Below, one piece after another: positions 23,463 to 35,750 of a stretch of DNA of 64,000 bases (position 1 is its first letter; each line of letters begins with the position of its first letter). This DNA is from Felis catus (Eukaryota): positions 13,332,001-13,396,000 of the forward strand of contig NC_058383.1 in NCBI RefSeq assembly GCF_018350175.1, given 5' to 3'. Below the pieces are notes generated by a model. It was given only the letters and a program-made list of their open reading frames with translations. It was not told the DNA's origin and did not search any database. A program made the position numbers and the translations under genes.

Positions 23463-26400
23463 TAAAGCAAAACTAATAGCTATGCATTGTGGGGTTTCTA
23501 AAACATGTCAAAGTAAACTTTTGGCAATGATAGCACAAAGGACAAGAGGGAGGAAATGGAAAAACGCTGTTGTGAAGTTCCTACAGTATATGTGAAGTAA
23601 TACACTAAAATTTCAAAGTGCACTTGATAAGGATGCATGTTATGAATTCTAGAGCAGCCACTGGAGAAAGAGAGAAAGCAAAGAACTGTAATTAACAAGC
23701 CAGTAAAAGAGATACAATGGAATCCTAAACCATGCTCAACTAAACCAAAAGAAAAAAGAAAAAAAGAGAGAGAACCAGAAATCAGGGCAATTTTTCAAGT
23801 AGTATAGTGATAGATGTATTACCCGTCCATAGCAATAATTACCTTAAATATAAATGGTTAATTAGAAAACTGTGTAGAGAGCAAAACCCAATTTTATATT
23901 GTCCAGAAGAAACCCATTTTAAATGTGAAGACATAGATATGTTAAAAAAACTTGAGGTAGAAAACAGTGTATCATGTAAAGCTCAAACAAAAGAAGGCTG
24001 GAGTGGCTATATGAACATCAGACAAAGTAGACTTCAGAACAAATGAAGTGAAGCATGGCACTATATAATGATATTAATTCCTCATGAAAACAGGAACTCG
24101 TCAAGAAAGCTAAAGGCATATGTACCTCAAAATAGAGCCTCAGAATATATAAAGCAGAAACTAATAGAACTGCGAGGAGAATTCTACAAATATACCAACA
24201 AATTTGGAGATTTCAGTACTGTTTCCTCAGTAATTGGTGGAATAAGTTAACACAATTTAGGAGATACACAAAATACTTGACTCAATTGGCATTTATAGAA
24301 TGCTCCCCTCAATATGATAGTTATTTTTAAGTGTATTTGTTTATTAGTATAGATAATATCTTGAGGTATAAAATAAGTTTCAAGAATCCAAAAGCATTGA
24401 AATGACCAAAGCCGATTTAAACTAGAATTCAATAACAGAATGATACCTAGAATATCTCTAAATATTTAGAAATTAAAATGACATACTACTGACTATCAAC
24501 TCATGGATCAAAGAAGAAATAAAAATTCTAGTTTGATTTCACTTTTTAAATTGTCCTGATTTCTGGATATTTAAAAATATATGGAGGTGCAGTGTGTACT
24601 ACACACAGATATGGAATTAATGACAATGACGTTCACTCACCCCGTGTAAGACAGAATGCATTTTAAGTACATTTGGCTTAAGGATATAGTCACATGACTT
24701 GTTTGGGAAATGTAATTTCTTTGGATAAAATTAAATACCTAAAACTTGACAAGTGATTAGGGTTAAAAAAATACACATGGAGCCTTCAGAAATACTAGTA
24801 AGGGTGTCAGATTTGAATGAGTCTTCTTTTATCTTTATACCACAATGGTACTGTTAGATATTTTGTAATTGAAGTTGTCGATTTTGAAGTGTGAATTGGT
24901 GCTTTGACGTACGACCCGTCAAAGTGTCAGTAGGCGTTTGTCACGTGCTCTCTGAGCAAGGAGGCTTCTTCATGGTGTATGTAAGCACTTCCTGGAGTTT
25001 TAACTCCCTAGATAGGAAGTTGATGTCATCAAGAGGCACAGCCTCCTGTTAACCAGTGAAAACAAAAGGTGGAAACTTATGTGCTTTTATAGAAGCATAA
25101 TTACATTTTAGAAGAACAGTGTAGAGTAGAATAGCATGAGATAATGAATTCTCAATATGTCTCTAAATCAGGGTCTGGAAAAGTCTTAGGAGTATTTGGA
25201 AATTTATATTAGGTTTAATGTGACAGATATGACTCTTTAATAATGAAGAATAAAAAGACCTTTGTGGGCTGGTGACTGAGTGAACTTTTAAATTCTGTCC
25301 CTTGAATTCATATTTAGTTCTAGCAATGTTGGGGTCATAATGTTTTTGCCCTAAATGTTAGCCCAACATTGCTCTCTTACCGGTTACCTAAAATGAAAGA
25401 TGTTCTCTAATGGAAAAGAATATAATTCTTATTTGCATGTTCACAATTGACATTATAATAGTTCTACCTCTCAGGAGAAATATGAACAACTCTTTAAATT
25501 AAAGGGTAAGTAAGAATAATTTAATTTGTGATTTACAGCCCTACTAACCTGATAGAGATTTCGGTGGTGGTATGCCTATAATCCCAGTAAAAGATTGCCA
25601 TTTTACAAATGTGTTTAGATGTCCTTGGCAGATTTAGATTAGTAACATGAGATGGATTTAAAACTAGGGCCCCAGGCTTATGGGTTTTTTTTTTTCATGA
25701 TTTATTACATGCAGCAAACATGGCCAGCCTATGTGTAAATACTCTTCAGTAATAGTTGTTTTATTTAAGGAAAAAAGATCACTTCTGGATCGAGTGCTTC
25801 AAATGAGTTATTTTTGGAGAACTGCTACAGACCTTATGACACATGGTTGTTAGTCCTTCTTGAAAATAATTATGCTACCACTTATACTACCGCCCAAAGT
25901 CCTATTCTACCCTTAGCCTTGGGAAGCCTTCCCAGTCATGAATTTAATGCTTTGATTTTAATTTTTAAAAATTATGAGTGCCATATGGTTGTAGAATGCA
26001 GAGGTTTGCATAGAATATGATCAGTGAAAGAAGTAATTTACCATGCCCAGGATTCATTTAAATTATCTACGATTTCAATATATGAAATAATCTTCACAAT
26101 AAGTATTAAGGGGTATAATTTTACATTTGATTGTAATACTTGCTAATTATTTTCTCTTAGCATTCCTGGTTAAATGGGGGTTGGCAGGTCACAGGTAGGG
26201 ACACCACATAGTATGGGCTACTTACAAAACTTTATTTCTAACATCGCATCATTCCCCAAATAGCCTCAAGATCCAAATACGGTTGCAGTAATATTTGCTG
26301 AAAATTGGAAACTATAAAACCCTTCATTTTGCTGGGAATCAGAAGAGAAAAGAGAATTTCAAATAATAAAGCTTTCTATTTAAAATCTTTAAAGTTTCAT

Positions 26401-29349
26401 CCACCATCTCTCAAAAGGCAATTTTATAACTAAATATTAATTTTGATGTTTTATGTTATTTCCATTTCTTTTTTTTTTTTTTTTGGTAGTAATAGTAAGT
26501 GCACAGGCACCATAGATCACAGACATTTAATGTTAAAAGGTCTCTTTATGTGAAGATCAGATTTCTTAGGGGCAAGTTGTCTTTATAACTATTATTTAAT
26601 TCCCTTGCTTGCACATTGAATAGATTGAAATGGCTAGGGAAAAATTAAAATAATGGTCCTTAATCCCATTTGGTTGTGTTCAGTTTGCCAAATGATGGAT
26701 GGAAATCTCCACCTTGTAGGGTCCACCGCCAGGTGTGACAGTTACCTGCACTCATAGAGATATATTCATTAATTACACTGTATGGCTAAACCATTTGAAA
26801 CAGATAACTGGTCCTGTCTCAAAATTGAGGTTTTCTTTAAAGTGGAATGTCAGTACACTATTGTTCCCAACGTCAGATTGCCTGCTCTTACCCCAAGCTC
26901 ATAGAAGGTGATAAGTCAGAGATTTCAGGCAGTAGGGACAAGGGATCACAGTGGTAGTGAATCCTTTCCCCCTTTCCCCAACTGTGTTTTGACCACCTGT
27001 CTTTTACCCTTTGCAGTTCTGTTCTGAAAGGAATATGAGGAACAGCACTGAACATGGGGCCACTGCTGCTAGATTGTTGCCATTAACCAGCTTTCATGGC
27101 TTTTGTGGGAGCCTCCTTTTCATTAGTATTTGCAACATGTTCACCAGCAAAATGATTATGTTAGGCAGAGACATCACATCACTTACATTTCATAGCTCAG
27201 TGCAATTTTCATAAACTGCGAGGCAACATCCAAAAAAACATGACTCAGAATTAGAGTTTCAGAAGATTATTATATAGACATTATTTCCCTCAGGTCACGG
27301 GCTTTAGTCAAATTTGGAGGAGAATGAAATTGCCAACAGTGAAAAGCAGACAGAAAGGTATGAGTTCATGAGCAGAGAAATAACATTTTCATTTGTTCCT
27401 TCCCCATGGGAAAGATTCAGCATTCCGGTAAATGGAGACGGTTATAAGAAATGAATTTTTGTCAGCAGGGATGTGATTTTAAGGCTCACTTATCCATTGG
27501 CAATCTAGATTTCTAACCCCAGGAATCTAGGAAATTGCTACAGAATGTAGTCTTTATTATAAACAAGTTTTTTTTTTTTGGTAGTTTTTTCCCCCCTTCT
27601 TCCTGCTCAGAGATTTTAAGAACGACTACATTTCTTTCTGCCTTTCAGAGGTCAGGTGACTGCAGAATTTCCCCCATTTGCCCTGAGTTTCTCTTCATTG
27701 CTGATGCTTTGTGATGGAAACCTTTTTTCCCACCAAGCTTCCCTCACTCTCCCCTTGCCTTTCCCAGCCCCCTCTGTGTAGCACGCCGACCGCTGACCAC
27801 ATTGGAAGCCACAGTGCTCACTAGTGCTGAATCCGTGGCCTGTCTCTGTCCCCTGCATAGGCGAGATGTCTTGTGGTCCCTGCTGCTTCTCTCTTCTCAG
27901 TCCCTTTGTGTCTCTGGACCGGAAAGAGCAAGGCAGGAAACACGGCTTTCCAGGTAGCTCTCATTTTACCAGCCATAAAGAGCAAGGATTTGCAAGGTGT
28001 CTGCGGGGTAATCCCAGACAACCTTCTTCATAATTAAAGACTGTTCTTTCATGGGAAATTTTATTTTCCTTCTTCAATTTCATCTGATGCTTCTCAGCCC
28101 ATCACTCATTCAAATTCTGTACAGAGGTTCTCCTGCCAGCTATAGTACATCCTTGAGAGCAGAAGATATTTCATATAACCTAAACCTTTCATTTCTAGAG
28201 ATGCAGATAAGTTCTGTAACATTAATCTCACCTTTATATTTCTTCAGTTTTTAATAACTTGGAAATATGTATATCTAATGCCTTCCTCCCCTGTGCATTT
28301 TTGCCCATTTTAATATCTCGCTCAACACCATAAACTATTTTCCTGGCTGTATTATTATAAGAAAGTGTTATTACCTGCTAAAGTTTACTGAAAGCAAATT
28401 GCGTTGCCTTCATTAGTATTATGTCTACATCATAATGATTATGTAACATTGTGCGTGTAGTTGATTAATAAATAAGAATTGATTACTCTAATTTAGTTCA
28501 TTGGATTTGGCCCATGAAACTTGATCGTGATCCATAAACTTTTCCTTCATTCCTCCAAAGCTTCTAGAAGGAAGAGAGAAGGGAAGAGAGGAGGAACATC
28601 TAATTTGCTGCAGAGTATATCCAATCACATAGTTTGATTCCTTGTGTGTAGTGTGGTAAAGGATTCATTGAACCAGCTGGACTGTTGGTATATTCTGATA
28701 TTCTGTGGAGTTTCAATTTCTTCCTATTGTTCTTGCAATGTAGAGTCCCCTTATCTTTGGGAATTGGCGGGGGGGCTCTATTTATGAAAGTGGGGGAAGG
28801 TGTTACATTCTATTCTCTGTGATAGGCCATTCTTGGTGTTGGTGGAATCATTCTTGGAATTATTTTGGAGTACAGAAACAAGCACCTGGAATATTTCCAT
28901 GACAAAAACATGTACTTATCTCTTACATGTCATTCATTCGTACTTCCCAACAACCTCTTCTTGAAAAGTCATATATATGATTGACTGTCTTATTGTCAAT
29001 GGACAATATTAGTGACTCATGGAGAAGGTATTAACCAAGAAGGCGCTCAAATTCAAATATAGTCTGTATATCACATCTGCCTGAGTAAAGAATCCCCATG
29101 GAGTGATGGCTTTTTGCAGAAGGTTTTATCACCACAAGGTTTCATTAGAGTTACTGGCTAGAAGAGGATTGTTTTTGATTAGTTCTCAGTGAAGGATAGA
29201 ATATCATAAGTGTAGTAATTCAAAGCACAAATAAGAAAGTTCTGGCATGGTTAGTATAATAATTACATAATGACAGTAGTACCATAAGAAAACATCCAAG
29301 CAGTCACCTGAAAATCACTCATTGGCCACAGCTTTAGAATCTCACGGTC

Positions 29350-29560
29350 TGCCATGTGGAGCCAAGGACAGGATGTCTCAGATCTACATTCTTGACACTT
29401 GCTCAAAAGCAACTAACTAGAGAAATTGTTCAACTTTCTGGTATTCGGTTTCAATTTCTTCTTTTGCGAAATGGCAATGATTTTTGTCTGTCCAGAACAC
29501 TACTGCTATTTTTTCTCAGCAATGCTTATGTGATTGAAATGCTATTACAGGATTTGAGCT
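29350..29560 (+). mobile_element. MIR fragment
   Basis: Core-like gagaaattgttcaactttctgg..ggtttc..cttttgcgaaatggcaatgat. Confidence 0.5.
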
Positions 29561-29685
29561 CCCAGAAATAGTTAACCCACCTTGCTTTCACATACCATTT
29601 CAAAATACTTGGCCTTGTTGATCAAGAACACAGCAAAACCTCTTTTAACTGGACTGAAATGTTGTTTTAAACTTAGATCATTCTT

Positions 29686-29900
29686 TTTTCCTTTTTCCTT
29701 TTTTCTTTTTATTTTTCTTTCTTTTTTTTCTTTTTTTTTTTTTTTTTGAGAGAGAGAGCACCAGAAGAGAGGAAGAGAGAGAATCTTAAGCAGGCTCCAT
29801 GCCCAGTACAGAGCCCGACACAGGACTTGATCCCACAACCATGACATCATGACCTGAGCCGAAGTCGGACGCTTAACCGACTGAGGTACCCAGGTGCCCC
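29686..29900 (-). mobile_element. Can-SINE
   Basis: T-rich tail, gaatcttaagcaggctcc, and end cccaggtgcccc. TSD aaaYttaKatcattctt at 29669-29685 and 29901-29917. Confidence 0.95.
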
Positions 29901-30439
29901 AAATTTATATCATTCTTAAAAGACATTCATTTCAACATACCTATTCTTGAAAATCTTTCTGTAATGTATTCTGTGTATTTTTGCCTTAGAGAGCATGCTC
30001 TACCAAATATAATTGAATTCCTCTCTGATGATGGATTGTCTTGCACAGCCTTGGGACCATGATGTTGGAGTCCATTCTTTTTGCACCAAGAAATGGATAT
30101 AAAATGAGACCCTCATGGGAAGTTGGGCTGGATTTGCTCTAATTTCTGGCGTACCTTCGAAGTTGCTTCTTAATACGTAAATTGCTTATATGCATTGCTT
30201 TCTCAATGTTTTACCTCTTTCCTCCTTGAAGGAAAACACAAAGTATGTTAGCCACACTTATAAAAGGGAAGAGTACAGTACTTCTGCAAAATATCATTAT
30301 TCCATCAATGTCTTCACCGGAGACATGGCATGCTTAGAAGGTCTGACTTGATTAAATGCTTTGCCTCTGTTTTTTCAAAATTTCAAATGAGGTATTCCCT
30401 CTGTCAAAAGTTTCAGTTTTCAGGTTTTTTTTTATGTGA

Positions 30440-30700
30440 TAATAATCATGGTCCTGGCTAGCGTTTACTGATCTTTGACTGTTTGCCAGACACTCTTCTA
30501 AGCATGTTTCAGGTATGATTCCATTATTCTTCACAACCATTGCATCACAGAGGCACTGTTATTACTTTCATCTTTCCAATAAGGATACTGCAGCTTAAAA
30601 AGATTTAGAAGTCCACTGAAGGTCATATCGCTAGTAGCTGGCGGAGCCAGGATTTGGACAGCCTGATAGAGGAACCTGTGCTCATAACCACTACACTATG
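30440..30700 (-). mobile_element. MIR, near full length
   Basis: agcgtttactga, ttcttcacaacc, aaggtcatatcgctagtagctggcggagccaggatttg, tgctcataaccactacacta. Confidence 0.8.
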
Positions 30701-30744
30701 ATACCTCAAAGGCACGTGTCTGTGGTGATTGTGGAAGAGGAGAT

Positions 30745-31745
30745 CCAGACTCACTGACTTCTGCTATGGGCCTTGCATGGTATTTGATTCAGTACTTCGG
30801 TTTATATTATCTCATTTAGTTGCAGAACAGTTCTACCAGGTAGATTTTATTATCTATATTTTACAAATGAAGAAATCAAGCCTGAGAGAAGGTGGTACTT
30901 TTTTTTTTAATATGAAATTTATTGTCAAATTGGTTTCCATGCAACACCCAGTGCTCATCCCAACAGGTGCCCTCCTCAATGCCCATCACCCACTCTCCCC
31001 ACCCTCCCACCCCCCATCAACCCTCAGTTTATTCTCAGTTTTTAAGAGTCTCCCTCTCTAACTTTTTTCCCCTTCCCCTCCCACATCGTCTTCTGTTAAG
31101 TTTCTCAGGAAACACATAAAAGTGAAAACATATGGTTATCTGTCTTTCTCTGTATGACTTATTTCACTTAGCATAACACTCTCCAGTTCCATCCACATTG
31201 CTACAAAAGGCATACTTCATTCTTTCTCATTGCCACGTAGTATTCCATTGTGTATATAAAACCACAACTTCTTTATCCATTCATCAGTTGATAGACATTT
31301 AGGCTGTCTCCATAATTTGGCTATTGTTGAAAGTGCTGCTATAAACATTGGGGTACAAGTGCCCCTATGCATCAGCACTCCAGTATCCCTTGGGTAAATT
31401 CCCAGAAGTGCTATTCCTGGGCCATAGGGTAGATCTATTTTTACTTTTTTGAGGAACCTTCACACTGTTTTCCAGAGCAGCTGCACCAGTTTGCATTCCC
31501 AATAGTGCAAGAGGGTTCCGGTTTCTCCACATCCTCCCCAGCATCTATAGTCTCCTGATTTGTTCATTTTAGCCACTCTGACTGGCATGAGGTGGTACCT
31601 CAGTGTGGTTTTGATTTGTATTTCCCTGATGAGGAGTGACGTTGAACATCTTTTCATGTGCCTGTTGGCCATTAACCAAGATAATGGAGCTAGTGATAGC
31701 TGAAGGGGGAGGGGGTGAACCTGACAACCCAGATTCGAGTGTGGC
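30745..31745 (-). mobile_element. MIR split by an L1 insertion (parts ~30745-30899 and ~31673-31745)
   Basis: attttacaaatgaagaaatcaagcctgagagaagg..tact | taaccaagataatggagctagt follows the MIR core. Confidence 0.7.
30899..31672 (-). mobile_element. 5'-truncated young carnivore/felid L1 (ORF2 C-terminus, 3'UTR, poly(A))
   Basis: ORF 31460-31672 [62 protein letters not shown] is the L1 ORF2 cysteine-rich C-terminus. The 3'UTR matches the copies at 10960 and 53691. Confidence 0.97.
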
Positions 31746-34477
31746 CAAGGACATCATTAAGAAAAGGAACTCTCTGTCCAAGAAAGGCCATTTTTGTACT
31801 GTAGAAGAGATGTGAGTTTCCTGGATCCCCTCCCCCCACCCCTAGTGAGGATTTGTGTTTTCTTTTTGAGTTAAATCTATTTGTTCTGCATTAGAATCAT
31901 CTCATCTCTTTCTTTCTGGAGTTTCTTCCAAGTCATTGCTGATGCACATGGGTTCTTCCTGTTAGTGGTTTGTGGTTGGTGGGTTGATCTTCTGCAGTTA
32001 ACACCCTTCTTTTCATTTATTGTTCTTGAGAGATTAATTTTCCTTTGAGTTTTAGACCCCTAATATTATGTCCTTTAGACCCCCAAATGGTGAGCGTTTC
32101 TGTCATGCCGTTAGCCACTTGTACAATATCCTGAGAACGTGTTACGAGGAATGTGAATGGCAGCACCACTTGGATAATAGCTGAACATCTCTTTGTGAGT
32201 GAATGTCGTTTTTACTCCTGCTAGGACACAGAGGGTTGGTTGTCTCATTTTCTTTCGCCATTACTTACATCATTTAGAACTTCCTGGTATGATAAAAAAG
32301 GATGTTAATGGAAAGTTATTTTTTTTTCCTGTTGCAGTGGGAGAGTAGCTAGTTTTCAAATGGCTGTTTATCACTAAAAACATAGAATGGACTTTTACCA
32401 GGACCTACAAAATCCTGATGAATCTCCACTGTGGCATGACAAAGTCTGGTGGATGTCTTTTGGAATGCCCTGGCTTCAGGTGGGCCTCATTTAACGGTCC
32501 TCTGTGACTCATGGGGAGATCTGTGTCTCAGTGTTGTTTATGACTGTGTTTTAATGGGCTCAGCCTTCCCACCATTGCATTTTCCTGGCTTGTCTTCTTT
32601 TCTGTTTACCTTGGCTCCACCTTTGGCTCAGCTGGATGCCACTGGCTTCACCGGAGTCATTTCGAATGGAAGCCAATCACATGAGGTCTCCCATCTCCCC
32701 GTGGCACTTTAGGGCTTAGAGAGAATTGGAACTAAACTCTGGGTGGCTAATGGTTGGTTGTCCCCAGCCAAATCTGTAAAAGTGGAGAAAATGCATGGGT
32801 TTGTAGGTCTGTGTGTGTTTCATTTTATCACAGACACATCTTTGAGTCCACATAAATATGTTTCTCTTCCTCCTTGATTTTAGTAGTCCATCACGTAGGC
32901 TCCGAAGAATGAGTTTTGGTTTCTGTGGACCAAGAAGGGGCTTTGTCAGGAACAGCTGTGGTTATCCAGAGATGTGACATTGGGCCTCTCTGCCCATGCA
33001 TTTTTAATACCTGCGCATCATAGCTTTCCTGGGCACCTCCAGCAGTATCACCTGCTAGCTCGGCAAACTAGAGAGACTCTCAAACCCATTTCTTATTTCC
33101 TGGGTTCTTATGGGCTATTTTGATCACATGATAACATGACAGACATTGTCTAAACATCCCTAGCTCACTTTTTTCACGTCTCTGGCAAAGAATGATGAAC
33201 TGGATCCATATACCCAACTTACAAAGCAGGATTTCCTCAGGAAGAGGAACAGAAGGAAGAAACTTAGCAGGACAAGGGCTCCTACTTCTGAAATTTGATC
33301 TCTAAGCTGAGTACAAATGTGCTGATCCAGAGGGAATTAAGGGACCCTGAGAGCAAACCTTCCCAGCTTGCCGCCAGCCTTGGTTTAACCTTCACTGTAA
33401 CTGCTGGGATCAGTGCTTTGGCTGTGCAAGAAGGAGACTATTTCAGGGTGGTATTTTATCTCCTACTCTCGGACTCTTTCAGGTCTAGCTGGAATTCTCA
33501 ACGTGATGCTTCTGTGCAGCTCCCACAGGCTGCAGTTCTGTAGCGTGGGTAGTGGTCAGAGCAGCTGCAATGCCAGAACAAATGACGTTGCTAACCGAAA
33601 AGAGCAGGAGTCGTCTCTCCGCAAAGTGCCTCACAAAGGAGACTTTCTTTGCTCCTCCTGGTACATGTGGGAAGCACAGAAATTGTTTATTGTGAAAGTC
33701 TTTCAGCCACAGTACCTTCTGAGGCATAATTGTACCCTCTGGGGAAACCAAAATAAATACCAGTCTAATAAACTTAAGTTTTTTAAAAATAAGTTATCCT
33801 GTGGCATCTCTGCAAGAAGAAAAATAGGAGAGATTGATGTGTGTTCTTGTTCTGCTTTGATTTACCTGCCTGCCGTCCTGTCCCAGTTCAGCCTTAAAGT
33901 GGAAGAAAATACTTTACCATTTGGAGAAGAATGATAGCACACAATCCAGTCTTTCAAAAGGAGAGGTGGGAGAGTAAGGTTTGATGCCAGCTTTGGAATT
34001 TTCTTCAAACAAAACACGTACACATGAACTATTTTTGTTTTGTTGTTTTTTGTTTTCTCTTTCCTGGAGGCTGATGATAAATATATTCTCTGTATTCATT
34101 CCAAAGGCAGTTCCATCCAGGCTTCCATTTGTTTTTCATATGGTCACGGTCACCTGGTCCTCTTGCTGGCTCTTCCTGCCCTGTTCTTTGCCCTTATGCC
34201 AGGCCCTTGGTCCCTCCTCTCCATTTCTCTCACCAGCCCTTGGCCTCTCCTGCCCTCCTGCCCAGTGTGGACCAAGTGCATGAGCTGCAGCATGCGTCCT
34301 GCCTTTGCAACCCTTCAGCCGCATGTGCCTGTCACTTTCCGGGTGTGGGGCACGTCAGTGGGCTGACCGCTTGCCTTCCTCACTGTCTTTTCTCCATCTA
34401 CTCCACGGATCGTCTTGTCATCCATGCCCTTAAATGTGGCCAGCTCTGCGAGATTCCTATGACTATTTGTGGTCAGT

Positions 34478-34960
34478 TTTTTTTTGCTTTATTTTCTTAA
34501 ATAAAGGGATGAAAAATAACGTAATGAACACTCACGTACCCACCACTCAGTTCGAAAAGTAAAACATTTCCAGTACAACTGAAGCCCTCATTCACTGTGA
34601 TTCGGATCATATTCTCTCAGAGCCCAGGGATAATAATCCTGTATTTGTAGTTCATGTTATGAGTTTCTTTATACATGTTCCATGTTTGTAAATGAGTAAA
34701 TATTATGCAGTGTGTATATATTTTGAAAAATTGCAGGTGACTATATATGCACATCTGTAACTTCAAAAAACTGAACATTATGTTTGTGAAATTAATTCAT
34801 TTGTTCCAATTTTCTCTTCTACTGTGTGATATTCTGGACCGTGCCCCCACCTATCTATCTATTTATGAACATTTAGGTTGTTTCACTTGTTTTTGCTGTT
34901 ACTGACAGTGCTACTGTGAGCATTCTCATGCATTCTTCCACAGAGCTCCTTGCACACGTG
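34478..34960 (-). mobile_element. L1ME-type 3'-end fragment
   Basis: aatgaacactcacgtacccaccactcag, aaacatttccagtac, gaacatttaggttgtttc..tttttgctgttactgacagtgctactgtgagcattctc. Confidence 0.75.
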
Positions 34961-35084
34961 CCCATTTGTTATTTCAGCAAATTGTATCGAGCCCCTGTAA
35001 GTGCTTGACCTGGTTGACAAGAGACCACTGAAGCAAGGGCCTTGTCGCCCAGCCTGTGCACTGGGGAGGACTCATGGGCTGTTG

Positions 35085-35750
35085 AAGGAGCCTTCCTACC
35101 AGTCTCCTTAGTGCTCCCCTCACCTCTCCTGGTCATCTTTCACACTTTTGTTAGCGTTAACTTCTTTGCTCTATGCTGACAGCACAGAGCCCGATGTGTG
35201 AGGCTTGAACTCGTGAACCATGAGGTCATGACCTGAGCCAGAGTCAGACGCTTGACCGCTTGACCGGCTGAGCCACTCAGGTACCCCTGTTAGGGTTAAC
35301 TTCTTAAACACAGTTTAACCTTTACTGTTGTGCCTCAGATACTCATTGGCTGTCTGTTGCTTAGTCATGAAGCTAATACTCCTCAGCTTGCTGTTCAAGA
35401 ACCATCCTCACCTAAACTTTTTTAGTCCTCGTACTGTTTACACCTCGCCTGTACACCCTTCCCTTCCTGCATCATTTCCCTTCCATGCCTCCCAGCAACA
35501 TCTCTGTACCTTTAGTGCTCTTTCCTGTTTTGAGCTGAATACAGGATGTTGACATTCTACTCAGTTTTCAAGATCCTAGTGAAAAGACCTTCGTATCCAT
35601 GTACACCCAACACCCCCTGTCTGCTTCTAACTTTATATTACAGCGAGTTGGGATACCTTTGCTTAGCGATGAGCAGGGACCATATGGTGATTGCTTTGCA
35701 CGTAGTAGGACCTCATTAAAGTAATAATAATAACCAAATGAATTGAATGG
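35085..35750 (+). mobile_element. L2 3' fragment, interrupted by a tailless SINE
   Basis: ctcctcagcttgctgttcaag, tgagcagggaccata, gcacgtagtaggacctcattaaa..aatgaattgaatgga (L2 3' end). Confidence 0.7.
35167..35287 (-). mobile_element. 3'-truncated (tailless) Can-SINE with an 18-bp TSD
   Basis: Only the tRNA-like head and ~30 nt beyond it remain, with no (CT)n, AATAAA or A tail. TSD tgttagSgttaacttctt at 35149-35166 and 35288-35305. Confidence 0.92.

Larger units (their letters stand above)
20330..24530 (+). mobile_element. Old L1M fossil: probable 5'UTR, ORF1 and ORF2 endonuclease region, with nested insertions
   Basis: ORF 23807 REQNPILYCPEETHFK resembles KQDPSICCLQETHL. ORF 24068 AYVPQNRASEYIKQKLIELRGE..GDFST resembles IYAPNTGAPRFIKQVL..GDFNT. 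ORF1-like sequence at ~22100-23200. The 5' boundary is uncertain. Confidence 0.8.

Noticed and set aside
33413..33934. Longest ORF (173 aa)
   Set aside because: Non-ATG start, no recognisable domain and no convincing splice boundaries. The length is compatible with chance.
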